From an uncultured Gemmatimonadales bacterium (GTDB taxonomy: Bacteria; Gemmatimonadota; Gemmatimonadetes; Gemmatimonadales; Gemmatimonadaceae): a stretch of 64,000 nucleotides of DNA. The DNA lies in contig OY969695.1 of the NCBI GenBank assembly GCA_963701965.1, forward strand, positions 448,001-512,000, read 5' to 3'. Below the pieces are notes generated by a model. The model saw only the letters and a program-made list of their open reading frames with translations. It searched no databases and had not been told where the DNA came from. The translations under genes were made by a program, and so were the position numbers. The stretch's first letter is position 1; each line of letters opens with the position of its first letter. This document shows positions 43,217 through 52,691 of the stretch, piece after piece.

Positions 43217-44265
43217 CGCCTGGCGGCCGTTGGGGAACCCGCGTTGGCCTGGCGTGGGCGGTCGCGGCGTCCGCGGCGGGAGCTCAGGCGCCGCCCTCGC
43301 CCGGCCTCGACACGGGCGCGCTCCGGGCCGCGGACGACCCGACGCATACGATGCGGGCGGTGCTGGTCCAGCGGCACGGCCGGCTGGTCGCCGAGCAGTA
43401 CTTCAACGGCGAGACGGCGGACTCCCTGCACGACATCCGCTCGGCCACCAAGACGATCACGTCGATGCTGATCGGGATCGCGATCGACCAAGGGCGCATC
43501 GCGAGCGTGCATAGCCGTCTCGCGACGCTCCTGTCGGTCCCGCAGGGTTGGCAGCCCGTGACGCTGGCCAATGTCTTGTCGATGAGCTCGGGGCTCGATG
43601 CGGACGATAACACCGCCGACTCGCCCGGCAACGAAAATCGCATGGACGGGCACGGCGATTGGCTGGCGTTCGCCCGGACGATTCCATTGGCGCGTCCGCC
43701 CGGCACCCGTTGGGCTTACGCCTCGCTCAACTACATGCTGCTCGGCGCCATACTTACCGAGGCCACGCACCAACCAGTCCCAGCATTCGCCCAGGCGTCG
43801 CTCTTCGATCCGCTGGGCATCCGCGACGTGCGCTGGACGGCCGATGCAGCCGGTCACACGTCGACGCAGGGCAACTTCCGCATCCGCGCCCGCGACCTGG
43901 TCGCGCTCGGACAGCTCGCGCTCGATCACGGCGTCTGGCACGGCCGCCGCGTGATCTCACGCGCGTGGTTGGACTCGGCCACCGTCCCCCGATTCCCCAC
44001 ACCGTTCGCGGGGTACGACGGGTACGGCTATGGGTGGTGGACCAACACGATGCCCGTCGCCGACCGCCGGATCTTCTACTACTTCATGTCGGGCAACGGC
44101 GGCCAGAAGGTCTACGTGGTGCCGTCCTTGGATCTGGTCGTCGTCGTGACGAGCGCCGGCTACAATCAGCGCTCGGCGCAGGACCGCTCGGAGCGGATCC
44201 TTCGCGACTATTCTGGGTGCGGTGCGCTAGGGATCGACTTACGCTGCTACGTCTACGTAGGCTGA
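43213..44265 (+). CDS. Secreted serine hydrolase (class C beta-lactamase-like)
   Basis: Signal peptide, SATK (SxxK), WAYAS, LFDPLGI, GYGYGWW, SGNGGQ; true stop may be 44230 if one T at ~44201 is spurious. Confidence 0.88.
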   Translation: MTPGGRWGTRVGLAWAVAASAAGAQAPPSPGLDTGALRAADDPTHTMRAVLVQRHGRLVAEQYFNGETADSLHDIRSATKTITSMLIGIAIDQGRIASVHSRLATLLSVPQGWQPVTLANVLSMSSGLDADDNTADSPGNENRMDGHGDWLAFARTIPLARPPGTRWAYASLNYMLLGAILTEATHQPVPAFAQASLFDPLGIRDVRWTADAAGHTSTQGNFRIRARDLVALGQLALDHGVWHGRRVISRAWLDSATVPRFPTPFAGYDGYGYGWWTNTMPVADRRIFYYFMSGNGGQKVYVVPSLDLVVVVTSAGYNQRSAQDRSERILRDYSGCGALGIDLRCYVYVG

Positions 44266-44454
44266 CGTCGAGACCGGACGCGGGATCGGCTGTCCGGCTT
44301 CCTGCAGTCCCTCGATGTGGAATGAAATGGCGTCACGCATGCTCTGCTCCACCTCGGCGCGATTGTGTCCCGTCGCAATGCAACCCGGCAGGTCGGGCGA
44401 ATACGCCGAGTAACCCGTTGGGGTTTCCTCGATCACAATCAGGTAGCGGCTCAT
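44239..44454 (-). CDS. hicB: HicB family antitoxin
   Basis: YLIVIE...YSAYSPDLPGCIATG....EV....DAI.FHIEG. Confidence 0.9.
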   Translation of the reverse strand: MSRYLIVIEETPTGYSAYSPDLPGCIATGHNRAEVEQSMRDAISFHIEGLQEAGQPIPRPVSTSAYVDVAA

Positions 44455-44456
44455 AG

Positions 44457-44590
44457 TCACAGGCTTGCCTGCCTCAGCACGCTGTTCAACGCCCCGAGCT
44501 AGATGATCGTCTTCGCGGCCAGCGACTGTTATCGCTCCCGATCTCGTTAGGGGCTTGACCTGCCGGTGACAGTCGCGCGTGCGAGCGGCC
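44457..44590 (-). pseudogene. hicA: HicA toxin remnant (3' half, frameshifted)
   Basis: RTRDCHRQVKPLTRSGAITVAGREDDHLARG then ALNSVLRQASL* in another frame; matches the HicA GSH.Q...TV.G...L..G.L.SIL.QA pattern; directly upstream of hicB. Confidence 0.75.
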
Positions 44591-44596
44591 GTGCTC

Positions 44597-44794
44597 TTAG
44601 GCGGCCCGAAAGTCCATCTTCCTGGCGTCAGTGACGCGACGGGAGGCGTCGAGGATTTCCAGACTGACCAGGTTGCCCGCCTCGTCATAGTCCAGAATGA
44701 TCCCGGGCTTGTCCTCGTCGCTCTCAGCGATCGGCCGACCCTCTTGCAAGAGTACCGATAATGTGTCGGTCCGTGAGTCGTAGGTCACTTTCAT
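44597..44794 (-). CDS. DUF2283 family protein (putative antitoxin)
   Basis: MKVTYD..TDTL, GIILDYD..GNLV.LEILDAS. Confidence 0.88.
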   Translation of the reverse strand: MKVTYDSRTDTLSVLLQEGRPIAESDEDKPGIILDYDEAGNLVSLEILDASRRVTDARKMDFRAA

Positions 44795-45048
44795 GTGCCC
44801 CCCTTCCAGTATTTCGCGATCTTGCTGCTACGGTATACCGTAACGACTTCCGCGGGTTGGCGCAGAACATCGACGAACACCCGAACGATATATCGACTCG
44901 GCGGGTCGCCGAAGTCAACCAGAGACTGGAGGACATCCCTGCCCGGCCGATGCGGGTGTCGCTCTCCGGGATCGCGAAGTACATCGCCAACCGTGTCGGC
45001 CGAAATCCCTCGTTGTGCCATCTCCTCCACAGCGTGCGGAGTAAGCAA
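44791..45048 (-). CDS. DUF4258 family protein (putative RNase toxin)
   Basis: TPHA..EM..RGIS, VVTVYRSSKI.KYW; ATGA overlap with the DUF2283 gene. Confidence 0.8.
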   Translation of the reverse strand: MLTPHAVEEMAQRGISADTVGDVLRDPGERHPHRPGRDVLQSLVDFGDPPSRYIVRVFVDVLRQPAEVVTVYRSSKIAKYWKGGT

Positions 45049-45265
45049 TACGACACGATCGGCTCGCCGGACACACAGCCAATTTACGTGGCCGTAGTGT
45101 GCCCGCCACGTGCGATTGCAACCGTCAGCTCGTTGGCCCTAGCGTAGCGAATTCTCGCGCGACACTGGCCAACACGGACAGACACGAACGTCCCGCGACC
45201 CGACGGCTATCGATCCCACCCAGGAGCGCCGGCCGACGTCGGCGTACCATCTCGCTCACAACCAA

Positions 45266-45352
45266 CGGAGGGGGCGGGATTCGAACCCGCGAGACCCTTG
45301 CGAGCCCACACGCTTTCCAGGCGTGCGCCTTAAACCACTCGGCCACCCCTCC
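45266..45352 (-). tRNA. tRNA-Ser (anticodon GGA)
   Basis: GGAGGGG acceptor stem, cacgc-ctGGAaa-gcgtg anticodon arm, long variable arm, GTTCGAATC; CCA not encoded. Confidence 0.96.
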
Positions 45353-45385
45353 CTGGGACACGCGCAGGAGCGCGTGGACCGACAA

Positions 45386-45475
45386 CGGATGGGGTGAGAT
45401 TCGAACTCACGATACCGGGTTCACCGGTATGCCGGTTTTCGAGACCGGTGCCTTCAACCACTCGGCCACCCATCC
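45386..45475 (-). tRNA. tRNA-Ser (anticodon CGA)
   Basis: GGATGGG acceptor stem, ccggt-ctCGAaa-accgg anticodon arm, long variable arm, GTTCGAATC. Confidence 0.96.
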
Positions 45476-45526
45476 AAGTACTACGGAGCGCGAAACTTAG
45501 ACGATTCAGCCCCTGCCCCACAACCC
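45449..45526. repeat. Direct repeat copy 1: tRNA-Ser(CGA) 5' end plus upstream DNA
   Basis: 78 nt; 75/78 identical to 52692..52769 by manual alignment. Confidence 0.92.
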
Positions 45527-45765
45527 AGCGTGGGGATCGCTGGTCGCGCTCCCTCTTTAATTTACGAGATGACGGATCTCGCTTCACACCCAGGTCACTT
45601 AGGATGGACCTCCCGCGGGGCCATCCTGCTTCATGCTAACTGGCCGATCTATCCCGCCGAGCACGGGCCGGAGACGGCACTATTGACTCTCGGTCGTGCG
45701 CCTGAGCGAGGTATTCGCTTGGGTTGATTCGATGGTACCGAAGTCGTAAGATCAACCCGTTTCTT

Positions 45766-46224
45766 CTAAGGCGACATAGGCCAGGGCGGCACGAACTCGA
45801 ACGGTACGATGCGACGTAGCCGCCGGAAATCACTCTCGTTCTCGGTGACGACCGTCACACCGGCCTCTCGGCAAGAGAGTGCGATCATGATGTCGTTCAC
45901 GGTGTGCTTCGGAACACGACGGAGTTCAAGACCATCTTCGGCCACCAATGTGGCGAGCACTCGGCCAGAGTCTCGCCACACGGCAAAACTGGGCGTGATC
46001 ATTCGACCGCGTCGTTGAAACGGTTCGACGACAGTGCGATCAAATTGCTTCACGCCACCGGCGCTGCTGAGTCCCGCGCGTAACTCTTGAACGACTACCG
46101 CGCTGAGAAACTCGTACGGCGCGAAAACCGCGTGAAAATGCTTCAGCTGCTCAGCGCCCGCACGATCGCGATACCCGCGAATGAACAGGTTCGTGTCAAG
46201 CGCGTACTTCGTTGGAACTGACAA
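45766..46224 (-). CDS. vapC: PIN-domain VapC toxin
   Basis: ALDTN, VVQEL, NDIMIA, VTEN..DF motifs. Confidence 0.9.
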   Translation of the reverse strand: MSVPTKYALDTNLFIRGYRDRAGAEQLKHFHAVFAPYEFLSAVVVQELRAGLSSAGGVKQFDRTVVEPFQRRGRMITPSFAVWRDSGRVLATLVAEDGLELRRVPKHTVNDIMIALSCREAGVTVVTENESDFRRLRRIVPFEFVPPWPMSP

Positions 46225-46235
46225 CCGCGCAAATC

Positions 46236-46454
46236 CTAACGGTCAAACGCTGCGATCGGAGTGCCGACAAGCGCATCCACACCATCAACCAGTTCCTTAC
46301 GAAACAGAACCAAGTCGAGAGCAGTTTCGATGGCTTCGGTTTCCGTACTAGCGCCGAGAGCTTCGCGAGCGGCATCGAGGCGCGCCTGATCGAGCCGGAA
46401 ATTTTTTCGAACCGACTTGGGGCGCTTGGATTTGGGACGTCGGGTAGTAGGCAT
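46236..46454 (-). CDS. Putative VapB-type antitoxin
   Basis: 72 aa, RKNFRLD...AREALG..TETEAI..AL (RHH-like); directly upstream of the PIN gene. Confidence 0.75.
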   Translation of the reverse strand: MPTTRRPKSKRPKSVRKNFRLDQARLDAAREALGASTETEAIETALDLVLFRKELVDGVDALVGTPIAAFDR

Positions 46455-46471
46455 CAGATTCCGTTGTCGTA

Positions 46472-46498
46472 TGTACAAATCAATGTATCGTCTGTACA
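46472..46498 (-). promoter_or_regulatory. Paired TGTACA palindromes, probable antitoxin operator
   Basis: TGTACA at 46472 and 46493 (21-nt period) just upstream of the antitoxin ATG. Confidence 0.5.
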
Positions 46499-46604
46499 AG
46501 AAGCGAGCAAGATGGCTATGGGCACATTTCTGGGCACATTTCGCTGCCGACGGGCGGCACCAGACGCAAAGCGGCGCTGACGATCAGCTGCGTCAGCGCC
46601 GCAA

Positions 46605-46700
46605 TGGCTCCAACGACACCGCCGCTCCGTGGGATAGCAGCCGCTGCGGATGCTGACCACGGGGAACCATGCTGTTGGGCACCAGCCGGCGAGCAACACG
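46605..46700 (+). pseudogene. Relic fragment of the alpha/beta hydrolase gene at 52920
   Basis: WLQRHRRS...LTTGNHAVGHQPASN matches 53667..53762 (WLQQHRRS...LTTGNHAVGHLPASN). Confidence 0.8.
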
Positions 46701-46745
46701 AGTCACTTCCTGGGCGCCACTCTTGCCCAGCCGCATCGCGACTCG

Positions 46746-47420
46746 CTAGAGGATCGAGATGGCATCCAGTATCGCGTGCGCGATCATGTTGCCACGGAGG
46801 CCCTTGCGGAGCCACGCGGCGAGGCCGAGCACTACGCCCCACACGCCGATCAGTATCACGTTCTTCCAGCCTTGATACGTGTGGAAGCCGGCGAAGATAA
46901 TGGCCTGTCCGATGATGCCTGCGCTCGTGAGGCCAGTCCATGCGGTGAGCTGCTGCTGGAGATAGCCACGAAAGATCGTCTCCTCGCAGACGCCGGCGGT
47001 GATCGCCATAAGGATCCAGCCCGCAACCTCGGCGCCGTTGTTGGGGATCATGCCGCGTGTCGATACCCAATCGGAGGGGCCCATCAATAGTATGATGAGC
47101 GGGGTGACGCCGAGGAGCACGGCGGCTAACACCAATGACGTCAGAATATCCCACGGAAGCGACCGTGGCTCTCGCAACACGCGAGCGATGGAGGCATTGA
47201 ACACGGCGTCCGATCCCCAGAGCGTGAGTGCGAACGTCGCCCATTCGAACAGCATGACGATCGCGTACATCGGCAGGTGGGGCAGTCGAGAGTCGGCCGA
47301 GGCCAGCCGAAGATAGACGGCCAGCGTCGAGAGCGTCGCGAGGAGCAGCAGCACCGCCAGCGTGTGCCACGCCGGCGCGATCGGTCGCGGACGCTCAGAA
47401 AGCGAAAACGATAAGCTCAT
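46746..47420 (-). CDS. CPBP (CAAX/Abi) family intramembrane metalloprotease
   Basis: EETIFRGYL, FAGFHTYQ, HAILD; multiple TM helices. Confidence 0.9.
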   Translation of the reverse strand: MSLSFSLSERPRPIAPAWHTLAVLLLLATLSTLAVYLRLASADSRLPHLPMYAIVMLFEWATFALTLWGSDAVFNASIARVLREPRSLPWDILTSLVLAAVLLGVTPLIILLMGPSDWVSTRGMIPNNGAEVAGWILMAITAGVCEETIFRGYLQQQLTAWTGLTSAGIIGQAIIFAGFHTYQGWKNVILIGVWGVVLGLAAWLRKGLRGNMIAHAILDAISIL

Positions 47421-47678
47421 GTTGGCCCCATCCTGCCGTGTTATTCCCGTATGCCGACGAGATCAAACGTCCGCATTCGGTCGCCCGACAACAGTATAAC
47501 TGCTTGGGGTCGCTTAGAGGCGAGCACAACGCGACACATCCGTGACGTTCCCCCCGATGTGAGCCCGCTTAGGTTCGCCTTTGGTTCCGCGGCTCGCGGG
47601 CTCTGTACGAGAGATCGCAAGTGCTCTTTGGCCAGGTGGGTTGATCGACAAGGCAAAGGCCACTTTGGCATCAACTGA

Positions 47679-50600
47679 TCACTCGGCGCGCATCGCCGAC
47701 ATCGGGTCCACGGCTGCCGCCCGCAACGACGGCAGCAGTGTGGCCAGGAGTCCCATCGCGACGAGCGCCAGCGTTGCGACCAGCCAGGTTGGCGTGTCGA
47801 GTGGACTGAGCCCGTAGAGGTTCGCCGAGAGCACGCGGGTCACGAGCGCACTGCCAACCAGCCCGAAGGCTACCCCCACCAGAATCAGGCGGAACCCGCC
47901 ATTCACGACCAAGCCGACCGTGCGGGCCGGTGTGCTCCCGAGCGCCGTTCTGATGCCCAGCTCGCGGGTGCGTTGCGCCACGACGTAGCTCAGCACGCCG
48001 TGCAATCCCGCGACGACCAACACGACCGCGATGCCGGCGAAGAGTGTGATCGACACCAGGAAAAATCGCTGGCGGCGCACACTGTCGAGAATGACGTCCT
48101 TCATCGGCATGACCCGCGTCACAGCGGCCTGGGGATCGATCGAGTGCACGGCGGCCGCGACGCTACGGTTCACGCTCAGCGGATCCCCACGCACGCGGAC
48201 CATGATGTTATAGACCGAGGAGGAGGTGTACGGAGTATAGAACTCCGGCCGCGGCTCCATGAGAGGTCCCATGTTGCGGATCGTGCTCACGACTCCGACG
48301 ATGGTCGCCAGTGAGGTGTCGTTCGCGTACCATCGCTTGCCGATCGGGTCCTCGTTGGGGAAGTCGCGCTTCACCAGCGCTTTGTTGACGACGACTACCT
48401 TCGGTGCTCCCTCCTGCACGTCCGCCTCCTGCAGCAAGCGTCCCTCGAGGAGACGCTGTTGGGTGACGGCGAAGAATCCGGGGGTGACGTCGCGCACTTC
48501 GACGACTGGGAGGCGCGTAGGGACCTCCTTTGGCCGGTTTTCGTACTGCGCACCCGTATTCATGCCCCAGCGTCGAAATGGGATCTCGGAGATGGCGCCG
48601 ACCGCGACCACGCCCGGCACGCGGCCGATCGCATTGATCGTTGGGTTCAGAAACCGTTGCACCGATGTGCCCGGTGCGTACGCGACGGGCGAGATCGCGG
48701 TCTCCATGGTCAGCACGTGAGTCGGATCGAACCCCGGGTCACGATCGAGCAGCCGCGTGAACGCCTTTATGACGAGCCCGGCAGCGATCACGAGAATGAG
48801 TGAGAGCGCGACCTCGACGACGACGAGCGTGCCGAACGCGCGCCGAGCGCTCTGGCGCACCCCGCCGCCGCGTCCGCCGCGCAGCACGTCCTGCGGATCG
48901 ACTCGTGTCCCACGCCAAGCCGGCAGCGCTCCAGCCACGACGGCCACGAGGCCAGAGAGCACGAGCGCGAAGGGGATCGCCCGGACGCCGACAAAGACAT
49001 TGGAGAGTTGTGGCAGATCCTCGGACAGGTGCACGCCGGTCGCGCGGATGCCGATCCACGCGAGGAGCACGCCGCACGTCACGCCCGCGATCGCCAGTGC
49101 GAGGCTTTCGACGAGAACCGGACGCACGACATCCCACCGGGAGGCGCCGAGTGCGGTGCGGATCGCGTACTCCTGCTGGCGATGGACGCCGCGCGCGAGG
49201 AGCAGGCAAGCGACGTTGCTCGTCGCCACGAGAAGAACCAATGAGACGGCGCCGAAGAGGAGCATCAGGGGTCCGCGGACGTGGGCGATATCGTCGGCCT
49301 GCATCGGCACGGCGCGCACCGATTCCAGCCGGAAGTCCGGGTAGATTTTGGCGATGTCGGCGAAGCGCTGAGCCAATTCGCGATCGGCATCACTGGCGGA
49401 GGTCCCCGGTGCGAGCCGGCCGAACGCGCACAGGAAGTCCGACCCGCGCGTATTGAGCTCCCTCGGTGTGAACACCAGCGGGATCCAGACATCGGCTTCG
49501 AGACGGCGGTCACCGTGGGGCAGCCGAAATGCCGGCGGGAGCACGCCGATCACGGTCCGGGAGCGGCCATCCAATTGGATCGAGCGTCCGATGAGCGTCG
49601 TGTCGCCTCCAAACCGTGTCTGCCACAGTTCGTGGCTCAGGACGACGACGGGCGCATCGGTCGCGGCGTCGGCGCTGTCGAGTAGCCGGCCATGGGATGC
49701 CGACACGCCCAACGCGGAGAACGTGTTGCCGCTCGCTCGCATGAGATTGAGACGCTCGGCGGCATCCGGCAGCGTCACCAGTCCCGATGTCTGATACACC
49801 GCCGCGAGATCACGCAGTGTGTGGACCGAGCGCCCGAGATCCACGAAGTTGGGTGCCGATATGGGGCTGGTATCGAACTTCAACGCTTTGCGATAGACGG
49901 TGACCAATTCGCGCGCGTGGGCGAACGGGAGCGGTTGGATCAGCGCCCGGTCGATGGCGCTGTAGACCGCGGTCATCGCGCCGGTGCCGAGCGCGAGGCA
50001 GATGAGCGCGTAGACGGTGACGCTCGGGCTGCGGATAAGACCGCGCAGGCCGCCACGGACGTCGGCGGCGGTGACGAACGTGCGCGGTGTGCTCAGCGCC
50101 TCGGGATCTTGAAGCACGCGCATGACATCGACCGCTGAGCGGGGACGCTGACTGGGCTCTTTGGCGAGGCACTGGAGCAGAATGCGCTCCACGCCGGGCG
50201 GTACGTCGGACCGTCGCTTGGCGATCGGCTGCGGCGCTTCGGTGAGGTGCGCCGCCATGAGCTTTCGGACCGTCGGTCCCGTGAACGGCGGGGTGCCGAC
50301 CAGCATCTCGTATCCCACGACACCGAGCGCGTATAGGTCCGTTCGCGCGTCGACATCGCTGTCGCCGGCGATCTGCTCCGGCGCCATGTACACCGGCGTG
50401 CCAATGGACGTGCCTTCGCTGGTCATCGGCGCCCGCGTCCGCGATTTCGCGATACCGAAATCGGAGAGGACGGCGGAGTGCGCCGTGAGCAGAATGTTGT
50501 CGGGCTTGATGTCGCGATGGACGACGCCGTTTTGGTGGGCGAACGCCAGGGCGCGCGCGATGTCGATCAGGATGCTCGCGGTCTCGCGGACCGACATCGG

Positions 50601-50903
50601 GCCGCGGGCGAGTCGGGTCCGGAGCGATTCGCCTTCGACATACGCCATCACGAAGTACGGCAGGCCATCGAGCTCGCCGGACCCGATCACTGGAACGATC
50701 TGTGGGTGCGACAGCTTCGCGATGAGCGCGATCTCGGCTAGGAAACGGTCGGTCGCGAGCGGGTTGGCAAGGTCCCGTGGCAGAACCTTGATGACGACCC
50801 GGCGGTCGAGTGATTCGTCGTGCGCGAGGAAGACGGCGGACATGCCGCCGCCTTCCAGTCGCCGCGTGACGCGGTAGCGTCCTTCAATCAGCTGTTCTTC
50901 CAT
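47679..50903 (-). CDS. Ser/Thr kinase fused to ADOP-type duplicated MacB/FtsX permease
   Basis: GGMSAVF, HRDIKPDN, DFG, YMAPE, then the full ADOP pattern (LALGTG, EYAIRTALGA, DPGFDP, QRTRELGIRTALG, VDPMSAMRAE) in one 1074-aa ORF. Confidence 0.88.
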   Translation of the reverse strand: MEEQLIEGRYRVTRRLEGGGMSAVFLAHDESLDRRVVIKVLPRDLANPLATDRFLAEIALIAKLSHPQIVPVIGSGELDGLPYFVMAYVEGESLRTRLARGPMSVRETASILIDIARALAFAHQNGVVHRDIKPDNILLTAHSAVLSDFGIAKSRTRAPMTSEGTSIGTPVYMAPEQIAGDSDVDARTDLYALGVVGYEMLVGTPPFTGPTVRKLMAAHLTEAPQPIAKRRSDVPPGVERILLQCLAKEPSQRPRSAVDVMRVLQDPEALSTPRTFVTAADVRGGLRGLIRSPSVTVYALICLALGTGAMTAVYSAIDRALIQPLPFAHARELVTVYRKALKFDTSPISAPNFVDLGRSVHTLRDLAAVYQTSGLVTLPDAAERLNLMRASGNTFSALGVSASHGRLLDSADAATDAPVVVLSHELWQTRFGGDTTLIGRSIQLDGRSRTVIGVLPPAFRLPHGDRRLEADVWIPLVFTPRELNTRGSDFLCAFGRLAPGTSASDADRELAQRFADIAKIYPDFRLESVRAVPMQADDIAHVRGPLMLLFGAVSLVLLVATSNVACLLLARGVHRQQEYAIRTALGASRWDVVRPVLVESLALAIAGVTCGVLLAWIGIRATGVHLSEDLPQLSNVFVGVRAIPFALVLSGLVAVVAGALPAWRGTRVDPQDVLRGGRGGGVRQSARRAFGTLVVVEVALSLILVIAAGLVIKAFTRLLDRDPGFDPTHVLTMETAISPVAYAPGTSVQRFLNPTINAIGRVPGVVAVGAISEIPFRRWGMNTGAQYENRPKEVPTRLPVVEVRDVTPGFFAVTQQRLLEGRLLQEADVQEGAPKVVVVNKALVKRDFPNEDPIGKRWYANDTSLATIVGVVSTIRNMGPLMEPRPEFYTPYTSSSVYNIMVRVRGDPLSVNRSVAAAVHSIDPQAAVTRVMPMKDVILDSVRRQRFFLVSITLFAGIAVVLVVAGLHGVLSYVVAQRTRELGIRTALGSTPARTVGLVVNGGFRLILVGVAFGLVGSALVTRVLSANLYGLSPLDTPTWLVATLALVAMGLLATLLPSLRAAAVDPMSAMRAE

Positions 50904-51197
50904 GCCTGCTGAGACAACGAAGAGCTCCTAAGGGTTTAGTCGGTACGCTCCACTACCTTCGCGTCCGAGGACCGCGGAGTTTCAAGACATCCCGCATCAA
51001 TGCCGGTCCCAAACCGGCGATGCGGATCCAACATTGTAACGTCTCCGGTTTCAGTGCGCTTTGATCGCGATGGCGTGATCGACGGGGATCAGGGTGACGG
51101 TGAACGGTGTTGCCGCATCATGGGACACGAGCGGGGTGGGGCCAGCCCCTGCCCCACAACCCGCCCGAGGGTGCGCATCCCTGCCGCCGTTCGGCAA

Positions 51198-51255
51198 GGC
51201 CACCCACCCAAGTACCACTGCGCGCGACACTTGGACGATTCGCGCCTCGCCCCAC
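51198..51255. repeat. Diverged copy of the tRNA-Ser 5'/upstream repeat
   Basis: 47/58 ungapped match to 45464..45521; a further 21-nt piece (cagcccctgccccacaacccg) at 51143..51163. Confidence 0.8.
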
Positions 51256-51510
51256 CATTGACGCCGTGCCCCTGGACGCGCCCGTGCGAGCGTAATGCGC
51301 TGCGGCGGCGGGTCTCGTGCCGTACCAACGCGCGCGCCTGATCCCTGTAACGACGGCCGACCACTGGATTCATCGACGACGCGCGGCGACTCCGCGGCGG
51401 AGCCCGACCTCTGCACCTGGCGGCGTACGAACAGCGGGCTCGTATGCCGAACGCTGCGCCACTAAGTTTGACGAACTCCTGCGGCGTCGTTCCCGTCCTC
51501 CCTTGACATC

Positions 51511-52575
51511 ATGAACCTGATTATCGGTATCGCGCTGCTCGCGCAGACGCAGCTCGTCTTTGGCATGGTTGGGCATCCCGGGACGCGGCGGCCGCCGGAG
51601 GCGAAGGCGCTCTGGGAAGATCCCGAGGTCCAGCTCACCACGCTTCAGGAACGTGGATTGCGGAGCTATCGGGTCAACATCATCCTCGACGACGACAGCC
51701 TCGCCGCGGCGGCGTACCTCCAACAGTTGGCCGACCTGGCGGATGCGCGTCACGTCACGCTGCATCCGATCTTGGTCGTCGCGGACCACGGATACGACCG
51801 CGTGCATCCGTTTGTGCGCCGTTTCGCCCATCGGATCAGGGATTGGGAGCTCGAGAACGAGGTCGATCACCGGCCAGGACTCAAGAGCATGACAGGGCCG
51901 CGCTCGGGTCTGTCCCCGGGCGACTACGACACCCCCCTGGCGCGTCAGTGGGCCGCTGTCATGCGCGACATGGCCCGCGCGGTCGCCGACGTTCGGACAG
52001 AGACAGGAGAGCCGCTCCGAACCGTCGTGGACTTCACGGCATTCGATTTTGGGTTGATCCCGTTTCTCGAACGAGAGGGCGTCACGATCGACGTCGTGGC
52101 GTACCACTACTACTTCGGACTCGGCGTCGATCCCTACCACGTCCGCGTCGTACCCGGGACGACGATCGACCTCTTCGCGAAACTCGGCGAGTTTCGCCGG
52201 CCCGTGATCATCAACGAGATGAACGCCGGCGAGATCCACGCGCCGAAACAGGGGAAACCGTACGACGACGAGCGAGCGCTCGCGAGCCTCGAGAAGCACA
52301 TCGACTACATCGTCGGACAACGAGAAGCGCGCATCGAAGGCATTGAGTTCTATGAGCTCTACGACGAGCCGTGGAAGGACGCCGTGGAGTCGAACTTTGG
52401 ATTCCTCGAAGCGCCTGGCCACACCAAGATCCAGATCCTGGTTGCGGCGGTCTATGCCTGCGGCCGGATCTCCAATGAGGAGCGGGCGACGCTGATCGCG
52501 CACCGTCTCTTTACCGAGCGGGAGCTTGCAACCCGGCGCGCCGCGTGCCGGGACTCGTCAGCGCACACCGGCTGA
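51511..52575 (+). CDS. Putative clan GH-A glycoside hydrolase
   Basis: WELENE (acid/base), AYHYY, IINEMN (nucleophile), YELYDE. Confidence 0.65.
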   Translation: MNLIIGIALLAQTQLVFGMVGHPGTRRPPEAKALWEDPEVQLTTLQERGLRSYRVNIILDDDSLAAAAYLQQLADLADARHVTLHPILVVADHGYDRVHPFVRRFAHRIRDWELENEVDHRPGLKSMTGPRSGLSPGDYDTPLARQWAAVMRDMARAVADVRTETGEPLRTVVDFTAFDFGLIPFLEREGVTIDVVAYHYYFGLGVDPYHVRVVPGTTIDLFAKLGEFRRPVIINEMNAGEIHAPKQGKPYDDERALASLEKHIDYIVGQREARIEGIEFYELYDEPWKDAVESNFGFLEAPGHTKIQILVAAVYACGRISNEERATLIAHRLFTERELATRRAACRDSSAHTG

Positions 52576-52596
52576 CGGATCAACTCGCGGCATCAG

Positions 52597-52635
52597 GGGC
52601 CGTTCGGTCGCTAACCGAACGGCCCTTGTCGTTTT
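52597..52635 (+). terminator. Intrinsic terminator
   Basis: 12-bp perfect stem gggccgttcggt/accgaacggccc followed by a T-rich tail. Confidence 0.75.
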
Positions 52636-52691
52636 GGCGATTCTGTGGGTGCCCATAGCCCCGGGGGGCGAGGCGGCGAGGGTGGCTCCGA

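Noticed and set aside
43213..44265. Serine hydrolase as a core member of the large operon
   Set aside because: It overlaps by GTGA but is a common Sec-exported family; the coupling may be incidental without synteny data.
45266..45475. Long-variable-arm tRNAs as possible tRNA-Sec or suppressor tRNAs
   Set aside because: Anticodons read GGA and CGA with 7-bp acceptor stems: ordinary tRNA-Ser.
47441..47674. 77-aa ORF between the CPBP and ADOP genes
   Set aside because: No RBS or motif and atypical codon usage; probably non-coding or a relic.
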